64,000 nucleotides of DNA from Nannocystales bacterium (GCA_050633305.1 JBOEGF010000063.1:19409-83408); one strand, 5' to 3'; numbered from the stretch's first letter, positions 19,403 to 30,040 are shown. The notes: generated by a model from the letters alone, not told the origin. Translations and numbers: made by a program.

Positions 19403-22400
19403 ATGATCAACGCCATCGTCAACATGTCCCTGAGAAACCGCCTCGTGGTGGTGTTCTTCGTCTTGCTCGTGGGTGTTCTGGGCCTGCGCGCGATGGAGAA
19501 GCTACCCATCGACGCGGTCCCCGATGTGACCAACGTGCAGGTCCAGGTGCTCACCAACGCACCAGCGTTGGGCCCGCTCGAGGTCGAACGATTCGTGACC
19601 TTCCCAGTCGAGACCGTGATGAGCGGTTTGCCTGGCGTAGAGGAACTCCGCAGCGTCTCGCGCTTCGGTCTGTCAGCGGTGACCATCGTTTTTAAGGAGG
19701 GAACCGACATTTTCCGCGCTCGGCAGCTGGTGGAAGAGCGCCTGGCTGCGGCGCGCGACGCGATCCCACAGGGGTACGGAGAGCCCGAAATGGGTCCTAT
19801 CTCCAGCGGCCTTGGAGAGATCTACCAGTTCGAGGTTCGTGGTGACCCTTCATGTGCCGAGGGCGAACCGGACACGGACGATTGCTGGACAGCCATGGAG
19901 TTGCGCACGCTCTTGGAGTGGCAGGTCGCGTTTCAGCTGCGGTCCGTCCCAGGGGTCGTCGAGGTGAACACCTTCGGCGGGGAACTGAAAACCTACGAGG
20001 TCCAAGTCGAGCCCGACCGCTTGCTTGCGCTCGACATCGGGCTCGACCGTGTCTTCGACGCCCTGCGCGAGAACAACGCGAACGCTGGCGGGGCCTATAT
20101 CCAGCACGCAGGGGAGCAACGACTCATCCGCGGCGTCGGACTGCTCGAGTCCATCGCTGACATCGAGTCGGTCGTCGTCGCGACGCGAGACCACGGTACG
20201 CCGATTCTCATCCGAGACATCGCTCAGGTGCGCGTTGCGCCTCTCGTACGCCAGGGCGCCGTCACTCGGGACGGCCGAGGCGAGGTCGTGACGGGCATCG
20301 TCATGATGCTCCTCGGGGAGAACTCCAATGAAGTCGCACGCGCCGTCGATGAAAGGATCGAAGAGATTCGGCCGTATTTGCCGGATGGGGTGACCATCGA
20401 CACCTACTACGACCGCACAGAGCTCGTGGACCGGACCATCAAGACGGTCGCCAAGAACCTCATCGAGGGCGGCGTCCTCGTCATCGTCATCCTGCTCCTG
20501 CTTTTGGGCAACATTCGGGGCGGTCTCCTGGTGGCGAGCGTGATCCCGCTCGCCATGCTCGCGACCTTCATTGGGATGCGAGCCATGGGGGTCGCGGGCA
20601 ACCTGATGAGTCTCGGTGCATTGGACTTCGGGCTGATCGTGGACGGGGCGGTCGTGGTCGTTGAGAACTGTGTTCGTGTTCTCGGCCAGCGCCGCAACGA
20701 GAAGGTGCCTCGGACGATCGGGCGCGCAGCCCTCCAAGTGGGCAGGCCCGTGGCCTTCGCAGTCGGGATCATCATCATTGTCTACGTCCCGATCTTGAGC
20801 CTCGAAGGCATCGAGGGGAAAATGTTCCGCCCGATGGCGCTCACCGTCATCTTTGCGTTGGCGGCTTCGTTGGTGCTCGCGCTGACGTACGTGCCTGCGA
20901 TGGCCACGGTTTTGTTTCGCAAAGGCGCCGTTGAGAAAGAGACGTGGCTGGTCAAATCCGCACTCTGGCTCTACCTCCCGGTCCTGAGAAGGACCATGCG
21001 GCATCCACGTCTCACGGCATTGGCCGCGGTCATTCTCTTCGGATCATCCTTGATCGTCATCCCCTTCCTGGGCGCGGAGTTCATCCCGCGCCTCGACGAA
21101 GGGTCCATCGCGATGCAGGCAATTCGGCTGCCATCGGCATCCCTCGAAGAGTCGATCGCGACGACAACCCGCATCGAGCGAGAGATGCTGGAACACTTTC
21201 CAACCGAAGTTTCTACGGTCGTCTCACGGACGGGGCGAGCCGAGATCGCCACGGACCCCATGGGGGTGGAGATGTCGGACATCTACCTGATCCTGAAACC
21301 CACGGACGAATGGGACGCGCCAGACAAGCAGGCTCTCGTCGCCAGTATGGCTGAGATGATGAACGAGGAGTTCCCCGGACAGCGCTTCACGTTCTCTCAA
21401 CCCATCGAGCTACGAACCAATGAACTCATCAGTGGTGTCCGCTCGGATGTCGCCATCAACATCTATGGGGAGGACATTCCGACCCTTGCTCGACTTGCCG
21501 ATGAGGTGGTCAAGGTCGTGTCGAGCGTTCCCGGGGCCGCGGACGTCAGCGCTGAGCAGGTTGTCGGACTCCCATTCTTGACCATCAAGGTCGACCGGGC
21601 CGCGCTGGCCCGCAACGGTGCAAACGCGAAAGACGTGCTCGACGCAGTGTCGGCCATGGGCGGCCTCGCTGTCGGGGAGGTGTTCGACGGGCAGAAGCGG
21701 TTCGCGTTGCAGGTGCGGTTCCCAGAACGGCTCAGGTCCGACCTCGAGACGATCCGCCGGATTCCGATTTCGACGTCTGGCGGCTCTGTTGTCCCGCTCG
21801 GGCAGTTGGCGAAGATCGACCTGGATGACGGACCCGCGAGTATCAGTCGAGAGAACGTGCAGCGACGCCTGGTGATCCAGGCCAACGTGCGGGGCCGTGA
21901 CCTCGCGGGCTTCGTCCTCGAGGCGCAGCAGCGTGTGCTCGACGAGGTTGAACGCCCTCCGGGGTATTTGGTGACCTGGGGGGGGCAGTTCGAGAATCTA
22001 CAGGCTGCGTCCGGCCGATTGGCCATCGCCGTCCCCATTGCGCTGCTCCTCATCTTCATCCTGCTCCAGGTCAACTATGGCGCGAGCCGACCGGCGCTGC
22101 TGATCTACCTCAACGTACCGATGGCGGCGACCGGCGGTCTACTGGCCCTGGCGGTCCGTGGGATGCCCTTTTCAATCTCCGCGGGGGTCGGTTTCATTGC
22201 TCTGTTCGGAATCGCCGTGCTCAACGGGGTGGTCCTGGTCTCGCACGTTCGGGACCTACAGGGTGAAGGCAAGCCGCTGGACGAGGCGTGCGCAGAGGGA
22301 GCCAGGGACCGACTCAGACCGGTCCTGATGACCGCGCTGACAGACATGCTCGGGTTCGTCCCGATGGCCATCGCCACAAGCGCCGGAGCGGAAGTCCAGC

Positions 22401-22561
22401 GGCCGCTGGCAACAGTCGTGATCGGAGGCCTCGTGACCTCGACACTGCTCACCCTTGTGGTCCTGCCGACCGTCTACGCCTGGTTGGGGGAGCGTACCAA
22501 GGAGGACGACAAGGAGGACGATCCGGGCCTGGATGCCGGTGCGCAAGCGGGTGCCGAATGA
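19403..22561 (+). CDS. czcA: CzcA/CusA family heavy-metal RND permease
   Basis: IDAVPDVTNVQVQ, SLGALDFGLIVDGAVVVVEN, GAEVQRPLATVVIGG. AGGAG RBS. Confidence 0.95.
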   Translation: MINAIVNMSLRNRLVVVFFVLLVGVLGLRAMEKLPIDAVPDVTNVQVQVLTNAPALGPLEVERFVTFPVETVMSGLPGVEELRSVSRFGLSAVTIVFKEGTDIFRARQLVEERLAAARDAIPQGYGEPEMGPISSGLGEIYQFEVRGDPSCAEGEPDTDDCWTAMELRTLLEWQVAFQLRSVPGVVEVNTFGGELKTYEVQVEPDRLLALDIGLDRVFDALRENNANAGGAYIQHAGEQRLIRGVGLLESIADIESVVVATRDHGTPILIRDIAQVRVAPLVRQGAVTRDGRGEVVTGIVMMLLGENSNEVARAVDERIEEIRPYLPDGVTIDTYYDRTELVDRTIKTVAKNLIEGGVLVIVILLLLLGNIRGGLLVASVIPLAMLATFIGMRAMGVAGNLMSLGALDFGLIVDGAVVVVENCVRVLGQRRNEKVPRTIGRAALQVGRPVAFAVGIIIIVYVPILSLEGIEGKMFRPMALTVIFALAASLVLALTYVPAMATVLFRKGAVEKETWLVKSALWLYLPVLRRTMRHPRLTALAAVILFGSSLIVIPFLGAEFIPRLDEGSIAMQAIRLPSASLEESIATTTRIEREMLEHFPTEVSTVVSRTGRAEIATDPMGVEMSDIYLILKPTDEWDAPDKQALVASMAEMMNEEFPGQRFTFSQPIELRTNELISGVRSDVAINIYGEDIPTLARLADEVVKVVSSVPGAADVSAEQVVGLPFLTIKVDRAALARNGANAKDVLDAVSAMGGLAVGEVFDGQKRFALQVRFPERLRSDLETIRRIPISTSGGSVVPLGQLAKIDLDDGPASISRENVQRRLVIQANVRGRDLAGFVLEAQQRVLDEVERPPGYLVTWGGQFENLQAASGRLAIAVPIALLLIFILLQVNYGASRPALLIYLNVPMAATGGLLALAVRGMPFSISAGVGFIALFGIAVLNGVVLVSHVRDLQGEGKPLDEACAEGARDRLRPVLMTALTDMLGFVPMAIATSAGAEVQRPLATVVIGGLVTSTLLTLVVLPTVYAWLGERTKEDDKEDDPGLDAGAQAGAE

Positions 22562-25032
22562 ACCGGCATCAAGTCGATCTCGACCTCGTCCTTCCGGGCG
22601 ACGCCAACGCGTGCGACGCCTGCATCGTTCGGCTTGTCGATGCTGTACAAGGCCGTCCTGGGGTGACACGTGCCCACGTTGACCTGTCCACCGCCGACAA
22701 GCCCAAGCTTTGTGTCCACTATGATCCGACCTCGGTTCGGATCGATGATCTCAGGTCGCTCGTCGCTCACACGGGTGCGAAGCTAGTCACTCGCTTTGAG
22801 CATCTGTCCGCGCCGGTGGACGGCCTCCGCCACGAGCGCCAGGCCGGCCTGGTTGAGACCGCGCTCGCGAACGAGCCCGGCGTCCTGCACGTCGCCGTCG
22901 GATTTGGAACTCGCTGGATCTCGCTGGAGTTTGACCCCCGCAAGACATCCAGACCGACTCTACTCGCGGCGGCCAAACGAGCCGGGATCGTCGTCGCAGA
23001 CGAGCCGGTCACCGCCGCGTCGGCGGCGCTCGGGCGGAAGTCTGAGCGCGGGCACGGGCACGAGCACGAGCACGAGCACGGCGGACCGTTCGGCGAGCGC
23101 TCCGAGCTGGTGTTCAGCCTGGTGTGCGGGGCGCTTACGATCTCGGGCTGGGGTCTCACCACAGTGGCCGCTGTGCCTGCGTTCGCCCCGCTGCTGCTGT
23201 TCATCGCGGCCTATGCCTTCGGAGCATGGTTTACAGTCCAGGAGGTCGTCGTGGCGCTTCGCGCCCGACGGTTCGAGATCGACTTCTTGATGCTGCTGGC
23301 GGCGATCGGAGCCGCGGTCCTCGGAGAGTGGTTCGAGGGCGCGCTGTTGTTGTTCCTGTTCACGCTCGGCCACGCTCTCGAGAGCTTTGCTATGGGTCGC
23401 GCACGCGAGGCCATCACGGCGCTCCAGGAGCTCGTGCCCGAGACCGCGATACGGATCGACCCGTCCGGCGAAGAGAAGGAGGTTCCCGTCGGCCAGCTGG
23501 TCGTGGAGGACCGGATCCTCGTCAAGCCGAATACCCGCATCCCCGCCGACGGGTTCGTTATTGCTGGGAACAGCGCCGTAGATCAGGCACCGATCACCGG
23601 AGAGAGTATCCCTGTCGACAAACGGCCGGTACCGGACCCGCGAGTGGTCATGCTGAACGCGGGCGTGTTCCCGCCCGAGCATCGAGTCTTCGCCGGGACG
23701 ATCAACGGAGGCGGGGCCCTGACCGTCGTCGTCACCAAGCCCGCCACCGAGAGCGCAATCGCTCGGGTCGTGAAGATGGTCGCCGAGGCGGAGACACACA
23801 GGTCCCCCACCCAGCAGTTCACCAAACGCTTCGAGCGAGCCTTCGTGCCGATCATTATCTCGGTGGTCGTGCTGCTTCTGTTCGCCTGGGTCGTCGTCGA
23901 GGAGCCGTGGTCTGCGAGCTTCTACCGCGCCATGGCTGTCCTGGTGGCCGCGAGCCCATGCGCGCTCGCCATCGCCACACCGAGCGCCGTGCTCTCCGCC
24001 GTCGCTCGTGCTGCTCGTGGTGGCGTACTGGTCAAGGGGGGAGCGCACCTGGAGGCTCTCGGCCTCGTGCAGGCGATTGCGTTCGACAAGACCGGTACCC
24101 TAACGGAGGGCAAACCGAACCTCACAGATGTCGTTGCAGTCTCGCCTGCCACCGAAGCGTCGCTTCTCACCACCGCGGTGGCCGTGGAGCGGCGCTCGGA
24201 CCACCCGCTGGCGGCGGCGATTGTAAACGCCGCTGCCACCCGTCTTCCAGCAGCCGCCTCCGTCCCAGACGCGACCAACGTGGAGGCTGTCGTAGGGTTC
24301 GGAGTCCGTGCGGAAGTGGATGGCACCACGGTGCTCATTGGCAAACCTGGCATGTTCACCCGGGACGATGCGCTCCCGGAGGACGTCGAGCAGGCCGCCA
24401 AGCGACTCGAATCTCATGGCCGCACCGTGATGGTCGTCAAATCGGGAGAACGATTCCTAGGGGTTCTCGGCGTCATGGACACTCCGCGGAGCAGTGCTCG
24501 CGTCGTCCTCGAGGAGCTTCACCGACTCGGAGTCGAGCAGACGATCATGCTGACGGGCGACAACCAGCGCGTGGCCGACGCAGTGGCGAAATCCGTGGGC
24601 ATCACGGTCGCCCGTGGTGACCTACTACCCGAGGAAAAAGTCGCCGCCATCTCCGAACTCGCAGGTTCCTCGAGCGGCGTAGCGATGGTCGGCGACGGAG
24701 TGAACGACGCGCCGGCCATGGCGAACGCCACCGTCGGCGTCGCGATGGGCGCTGCAGGCTCCGACGTCGCGCTCGAGACGGCCGGCATCGCACTCATGGC
24801 AGATGACCTCCACGCTCTGCCTTTTGCGGTCGGCTTGAGCCGCGCCGCGCGGAGGATCATCCGGCAAAACCTCTGGGCGAGCCTTGGGATGGTGGCCTTT
24901 CTGGTCCCAGCCACGATCCTTGGATTCGCAGGCATCGGCGTTGCTGTCGCGTTGCACGAGGGCTCGACGTTGCTCGTCGTGGCGAACGCGTTGCGACTAC
25001 TCGCCTACCGAGACCGTACGGCGATACGATGA
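22558..25032 (+). CDS. Heavy-metal P1B-4-type ATPase
   Basis: N-terminal CDAC, HGHEHEHEHG, TGES, SPCAL, DKTGTLT, GDGVNDAP, HEGST. ATGA overlap with czcA. Confidence 0.92.
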   Translation: MNRHQVDLDLVLPGDANACDACIVRLVDAVQGRPGVTRAHVDLSTADKPKLCVHYDPTSVRIDDLRSLVAHTGAKLVTRFEHLSAPVDGLRHERQAGLVETALANEPGVLHVAVGFGTRWISLEFDPRKTSRPTLLAAAKRAGIVVADEPVTAASAALGRKSERGHGHEHEHEHGGPFGERSELVFSLVCGALTISGWGLTTVAAVPAFAPLLLFIAAYAFGAWFTVQEVVVALRARRFEIDFLMLLAAIGAAVLGEWFEGALLLFLFTLGHALESFAMGRAREAITALQELVPETAIRIDPSGEEKEVPVGQLVVEDRILVKPNTRIPADGFVIAGNSAVDQAPITGESIPVDKRPVPDPRVVMLNAGVFPPEHRVFAGTINGGGALTVVVTKPATESAIARVVKMVAEAETHRSPTQQFTKRFERAFVPIIISVVVLLLFAWVVVEEPWSASFYRAMAVLVAASPCALAIATPSAVLSAVARAARGGVLVKGGAHLEALGLVQAIAFDKTGTLTEGKPNLTDVVAVSPATEASLLTTAVAVERRSDHPLAAAIVNAAATRLPAAASVPDATNVEAVVGFGVRAEVDGTTVLIGKPGMFTRDDALPEDVEQAAKRLESHGRTVMVVKSGERFLGVLGVMDTPRSSARVVLEELHRLGVEQTIMLTGDNQRVADAVAKSVGITVARGDLLPEEKVAAISELAGSSSGVAMVGDGVNDAPAMANATVGVAMGAAGSDVALETAGIALMADDLHALPFAVGLSRAARRIIRQNLWASLGMVAFLVPATILGFAGIGVAVALHEGSTLLVVANALRLLAYRDRTAIR

Positions 25033-25127
25033 CAAAGCCAGCAGATCACACGGGGGTCGATCCGCAACACAGCGAAGACGCCACGTGCTCGGAGCTCGGC
25101 GGCGCCTTGGTTCGCTTCAAGAGCTCT

Positions 25128-25166
25128 GAGCGGGGAGCGGGGAGCGGGGAGCGGGGGGCGGGGAGC
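25128..25166 (+). repeat. Heptamer tandem repeat (GAGCGGG) about 5.5 copies
   Basis: Read directly. One unit has a mismatch. Confidence 0.9.
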
Positions 25167-25336
25167 TTGACGATATGTTGGATGCTCCCTTAGGGCCGGA
25201 CTCCGTTCCAACGAACCGCATGGGACACATCGATGAGAGGAACCACATCGGTGCAAAAAAGTGGAGGAGTTCCGCGGGCGCAACGGCCTGAACCCCTCTG
25301 TCAGAGGGTGAGCAGTGACGACTCCGGCTAGTTGAT

Positions 25337-25828
25337 GTGTGGCCCAGCGGATTCCGCTTCGATGCTGCCTTTACGTGCCGTTGGGAATGGCCGTGCTCCC
25401 CACTCGATGGGCTGCCGCGTCGAGGCCCGATACCGCGCAATGCGCCGCCTCCTCGCCCCAGGGCCGAATCGCGTACCATCGGAGCCGCAGTGTCCACTCC
25501 GCACGGTACATGGTCCGTCGAGACAACGAATGACGCCTCGATCCTCGTCGAGTTCGAGGGGGCCATCACCACGCAGATGGGGGAGGACTCCGTCGAACGA
25601 CTCATTGAACTTCTCGGCCGAGGGAGCGCCGCCCTGATCTTTCACGTGGTCAACGTTCGCGGCTACGACGCTGGCGCGCGGCAGGCCTGGCAAACCGCCT
25701 TGTGGCCACGACGGGATCGGATCATCTCGATCCGCATCATCTCGAACTCCGCGCTCACGCGGATGGGTGGCCGCATGTTTGCGACCTTCATGCGCATCCC
25801 CTGCACCATCGAGGCCAATGGGGCTTAG
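25337..25828 (+). CDS. Hypothetical protein, STAS/SpoIIAA-like
   Basis: ILVEFEGAIT...LIFHVVNVRGYDAGARQAW...SNSALTRMG resembles small myxobacterial STAS-like proteins. Start uncertain. Confidence 0.5.
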   Translation: MWPSGFRFDAAFTCRWEWPCSPLDGLPRRGPIPRNAPPPRPRAESRTIGAAVSTPHGTWSVETTNDASILVEFEGAITTQMGEDSVERLIELLGRGSAALIFHVVNVRGYDAGARQAWQTALWPRRDRIISIRIISNSALTRMGGRMFATFMRIPCTIEANGA

Positions 25829-27002
25829 GAGAGCCCACGGGCCGCGGCGAGGTTCCAAACGGCCCTTGGGGTAGATGTCGTGCTCACCCGGCAGCCGCGC
25901 GGCGAAGCTCGCTGCTTCTGAGGAGAGATAGGGACTTTGTGGCTCGGGTCTTGAAGCAGCCTCAACCGTCGATCCGGGGACGACGCGGCATACTCAGGAA
26001 GATCGCCCGCCGACTGCCCGATGGTGCAGCACGTGTGACGGTCAGCTCGCCCGCCACACGTGCTGCACGAGACGATGGGACGTGCGCGCTCGTTGCCTGG
26101 GAGCCCGTGAACCACGGGTTCCGATGACCGCGGGTTCAGTCAACGAGGGCAGATTGTCGAGCGCCCCGTCTGGTCGCCAACTTCAAGCGCACCAGACCCG
26201 GAATCTCGCGCCACGAGATGTAAGACACGCCTTCTCCCAGTGGTGGCCGCAAATTGCGGCGAACACGCCAACTGCACGCACACAAGCATGCGCTCCACTT
26301 GGTTCCGAGTCGGTCCTTCCGAGTCGCGAAACCTCCGAAGGAGCTCTTTCTGGGCCTCGTCCTCGTCTCTCACCGCCTACTGTAGTTCGCTGAAGGGCGA
26401 CTCCATCTATCTCCCCCGCCCTACGACCTCAGCAGGGCCAAGATTTCGCTCATTGGCTACGCACAGGGGCTCCCAGCCTTCCCGATCACCAGCAGCCTGG
26501 TCACCAGGGGAGCAACGCAAGGATGGTGCGGGTCTACGCCGTCGCGAAGGACTGCATCAACGCACCGATCCAGCTGAAGAACGTCGGCGACAGCCCCATG
26601 CTGGCGCCCGAGATGTTCCATCAGCTGACCTGCAGCCACGCCGACCAGATGCGACTGACCGCGTCACAGGCCAGTCCTCAGGACCGCGATGTGCAGGACG
26701 TCATGTCTGCGCTCGTGGCACTCGCCGACGAGTCCGCGATTCGCAGGCCGTCGTCATTCCCGCGAACCCGCGGAATCAGCGGCTCCGGCGTCACGGTCCC
26801 TGGAAAGTCCAAAGGCGCCGAAAAGCCCACGGACGGTCTGGCAGGGCGCACCAGCCTGCCAGAGAGGATTGGAGCCGAGACTAGAGACGCAGGAGTCGAG
26901 GCCTCGTGCTAGCCGGGCAAGCCGACTCCCCGTTGCCATCGCGGAGCCGAAAGCAGCACAACCGCGTCGCTCCTGCCCGCGTGCCGCCGTGGCGCTCTCG
27001 CT

Positions 27003-29168
27003 TCACTCGACCACCTTGATCGCGACCGGCGTGCCGTTGAACACGGGCATCGCACAAAACGGGTCTCGGACCGCATCATCGTGCAGCCGGTTGACGTTGA
27101 CGCCTGGGTACTTGTTGGCCGTCGTCATTCCCGAGTCGTAGGTGTGGCCCCAGTGCTGATGCACGGCTACGACACCGGGCGCGATCTTTGGACACAGGCG
27201 CGCTTCGACCTCGATCTCGCCGATCGCGGAGCGGATCTTGATCCGAGAGCCATCGTCAATGCCTAGCCGCGCACCGTCGGCGTCGTTGACTGTGGCCCAG
27301 TTGCCCCCGAGCTTCTCGACCAGCTCCGGAATGTTGTGGGTCCAGGAGTTGAAGCTCTGGCTGCGCCGCGCCCCGGAGATCAGCAGGAAAGGCAGCTCGG
27401 TCGTCGGCAGCGGCGGATCGTGTAAGGCCGGGCCAAGCTCGCCGAGAAGGGCCTCGGGCGCGAGGTGGATCTTTCGGTCTTGCGTGTAGATGCGCTCGGT
27501 GAAGAACGTCCCGAACTGCATTGGCTTGCCGGGCAGTCCCCGCGGGTGTTTGGCGAGTTCTCCATACGACGGCGTCTTGCCCAGAAGCAGGTACCGGTTG
27601 AGCATCGTGGGCGAGAATCCGACCCCCACGGCATCCAGCATCCGTGCCACACGATCAACGGTCGGATTGTTGAGGAACGGCACCCCCGCCGCGCGCGACA
27701 AGTCCTTGAAGATGTCCCACTCCCCCCGAGCCTCGCCCGGAGGCTCGACCAGCTTGGGTCGGAGCTCCGCGTACGGCTGCTGGTCAAACTGATTGACCAG
27801 AAAATGGAACCCCCCGGTCTCAAACTGCGTCGCGGCGGGCAGCACCCAGTCTGCGAAGCTCGCCGTGTCGTTCAGAAAGATATCGACCGACACGAGCAGC
27901 TCGAGTTTTTCGAGAGCCGCCTCGATCTTCGCAGTATTCGGGAAGCTGATCACGGGGTTGCCCGCGATGACGACGAGCGCACGCACCTGGCCATCCCCGG
28001 GCGTGAGAATCTCGTCGGGCAGGACGGTGCATGGCAGCCCTCCGAAGACATGCGGGTAGTTGCCGATCCGCGATGGCGACGTGTTCTTGCGCTTGGTGAA
28101 CTTCTCGATCAGTGCCGAAACGTCAAGCACACCGGGGTTGTGGTAGAGGCCGCCGGGTCGGTCTATGTTGCCCGTGATCGCGCACAGGGTCGCGACCGCC
28201 CACTCGGTCAGCACGGTGTTGTGGCTCGTCTGTACGCCGACGCGCGTCGACACATAGGCGCCGTCGGCAGCCGCAAACTGACGAGCAATTTCCCGCGTCG
28301 TGCTCGCCGGGACGGTGGTGATCTCCTCCGCACGCTCGGGCGTCATTACAGACGCCAACCCCTTCCAGATCTCGAACCCAGTCGTATGCTCGGCGAGGAA
28401 CGACTCGTCGTAGAGCCCCTCGTCGACGATCGTCCGGATCAACGCGAGCAAGAAATACAGGTCCGTCCCAGGACGGATCGCCACGTGCCAGTCGGCGAGC
28501 GCGGCGGTCTGAGTTCGGCGCGGGTCGACGACGACCAGCTTGCCCCCCGCCGCCTTTGACTTCTTGAGATCGGCGCCGACGTGCGGACGACGTTGAAGCA
28601 GTGTGAGCCCCTGCGTGACCATCGGGTTGGTGCCGAGCAAGATCGCAAACTTCGCCGCGACGACGTCCGGCTGCAGGACAAGGTTCTCGTTGCCGTACAG
28701 CTCGTGCGCGACTACGCCGCGATCGGTGTACTCCAGCGAAAGCACGTTGTAGCTGTTGGGTGATCCGAACGCGTGGCAAAAGGTGTTGGCCATCGTGATC
28801 GCAACGGAGTCGGCCGCGTTTCCCCAGTACGTCGAGATCGAGCGGGGACCGTGCTGGTCGGCGAGCGCGCGCAACTTGCCTCCGATCGCCTCGCTGGCCT
28901 CGCGCCACGTCGCGGGCACCCACCGATCTCCGTCCCGCCGCATGGGCTGCGTGAGTCGGTCGGGCGAGTTTTGGTAGCCCAACAGCTTCAGCCCCTTGAT
29001 GCATGCGTAGCCCTGCGACAGCGGGTGCTCCTTGTCGGGTCGGACCGCCACCATCTTTCCGCCGGGCTCGCTGTCGTCGATGTCGACCTCGATCCCACAG
29101 CAGGGCTCGCACGCGCCGACCTTGCACAGCGTTTGGACGGTCCGGAGTTTATTTGCTCTGCGTGGCAT
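27003..29168 (-). CDS. Molybdopterin-dependent oxidoreductase
   Basis: N-terminal Fe-S Cys cluster (CKVGACEPCCG...CIKG), DRLTQPM, VVVDPRRT, DIFLNDTASFADWVLPA, C-terminal molybdopterin-dinucleotide domain. Confidence 0.9.
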   Translation of the reverse strand: MPRRANKLRTVQTLCKVGACEPCCGIEVDIDDSEPGGKMVAVRPDKEHPLSQGYACIKGLKLLGYQNSPDRLTQPMRRDGDRWVPATWREASEAIGGKLRALADQHGPRSISTYWGNAADSVAITMANTFCHAFGSPNSYNVLSLEYTDRGVVAHELYGNENLVLQPDVVAAKFAILLGTNPMVTQGLTLLQRRPHVGADLKKSKAAGGKLVVVDPRRTQTAALADWHVAIRPGTDLYFLLALIRTIVDEGLYDESFLAEHTTGFEIWKGLASVMTPERAEEITTVPASTTREIARQFAAADGAYVSTRVGVQTSHNTVLTEWAVATLCAITGNIDRPGGLYHNPGVLDVSALIEKFTKRKNTSPSRIGNYPHVFGGLPCTVLPDEILTPGDGQVRALVVIAGNPVISFPNTAKIEAALEKLELLVSVDIFLNDTASFADWVLPAATQFETGGFHFLVNQFDQQPYAELRPKLVEPPGEARGEWDIFKDLSRAAGVPFLNNPTVDRVARMLDAVGVGFSPTMLNRYLLLGKTPSYGELAKHPRGLPGKPMQFGTFFTERIYTQDRKIHLAPEALLGELGPALHDPPLPTTELPFLLISGARRSQSFNSWTHNIPELVEKLGGNWATVNDADGARLGIDDGSRIKIRSAIGEIEVEARLCPKIAPGVVAVHQHWGHTYDSGMTTANKYPGVNVNRLHDDAVRDPFCAMPVFNGTPVAIKVVE

Positions 29169-29251
29169 GTCTGCTGCTCCGCGGCATCGTGAGCCACCGG
29201 GTGGGTTCAGCGTGCCGCTGCGCGCCGGCGGTGTCTTGAACGAACGAGCAA

Positions 29252-30040
29252 TTACGGGACCTCGGATGCGACCCACTGCGCGACGGCCATGATCTCGGAC
29301 GGCGCGATCCCGAACATCTGACGAAATGTTCGGGTCAGGTGTGCGCCATCGGAAAAACCGGCCTCGGCTGCGGCGGCCGCGAGGTTCGACCCAGCCTGCA
29401 GTGGCCCCGTTGCGGCACGCATCCGGCACCAGCGAACGTAGCGGCGTAGCGGAACCCCGACATCAGAGGCGAAGAGTTGTGCCAACCGGCTTGTGGAGAT
29501 CCCGGCTGCGCTCGCGACCGCGTCCGCCCGAACGTCGTACGCGAGGTTGGCGTCAATGTAGCGACGCGCTCGGAGTACGGCGGGGTGCACGACTCGGCGG
29601 AGGGTGCCCGACGCCCCGGCCGCGTCGCAGGCCGCGAGGGTGTCGCTGATCGTCTGGACCAGGTGTCGAGCCTCGTCCCAGGTCTTGGGCAATGACCCGG
29701 GAATGCAGGCCCGCAGCGAGGCCCCACGTTCGATCCAGCGCTGCGGGGTGTCTAGCGAGCACACGCTGTGAGTCTGCCGACCGAGCCGCTCGTCGGGGTC
29801 GACGTACAACAACACCGCGGACGGAGAGCCTCGTACGATCGAGTGGTCGACATCGGGTCCGATCACGGCCGCGGTCCCGCACGCCGAGGGCGTCCCATCG
29901 CCCTTGCTCACCGTGATCGACCCCTCGAGCGAGAGCACCACTTGCAGCGCGTGGTGCCGGTGCGGCTGCGTCGGCCCGAGGGCACCGGCGTACAGCAAGC
30001 TGTCTTGCTGGAAGAAGAGCTTGCCGAGCCAGTCGCCCAT
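29252..30040 (-). CDS. AraC family transcriptional regulator
   Basis: Cupin-like HRHHALQ and C-terminal AGFSDGAHLTRTFRQMFGIAPS. Confidence 0.9.
   Translation of the reverse strand: MGDWLGKLFFQQDSLLYAGALGPTQPHRHHALQVVLSLEGSITVSKGDGTPSACGTAAVIGPDVDHSIVRGSPSAVLLYVDPDERLGRQTHSVCSLDTPQRWIERGASLRACIPGSLPKTWDEARHLVQTISDTLAACDAAGASGTLRRVVHPAVLRARRYIDANLAYDVRADAVASAAGISTSRLAQLFASDVGVPLRRYVRWCRMRAATGPLQAGSNLAAAAAEAGFSDGAHLTRTFRQMFGIAPSEIMAVAQWVASEVP

Noticed and set aside
22288..22557. N-terminal extension of the ATPase ORF
   Set aside because: It overlaps czcA. ATG 22558 with an ATGA overlap is the better start.
26457..26912. ORFs 26523..26912 (+) and 26457..26639 (-)
   Set aside because: No recognisable family or clear start. 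Possibly a gene fragment, but not supportable.
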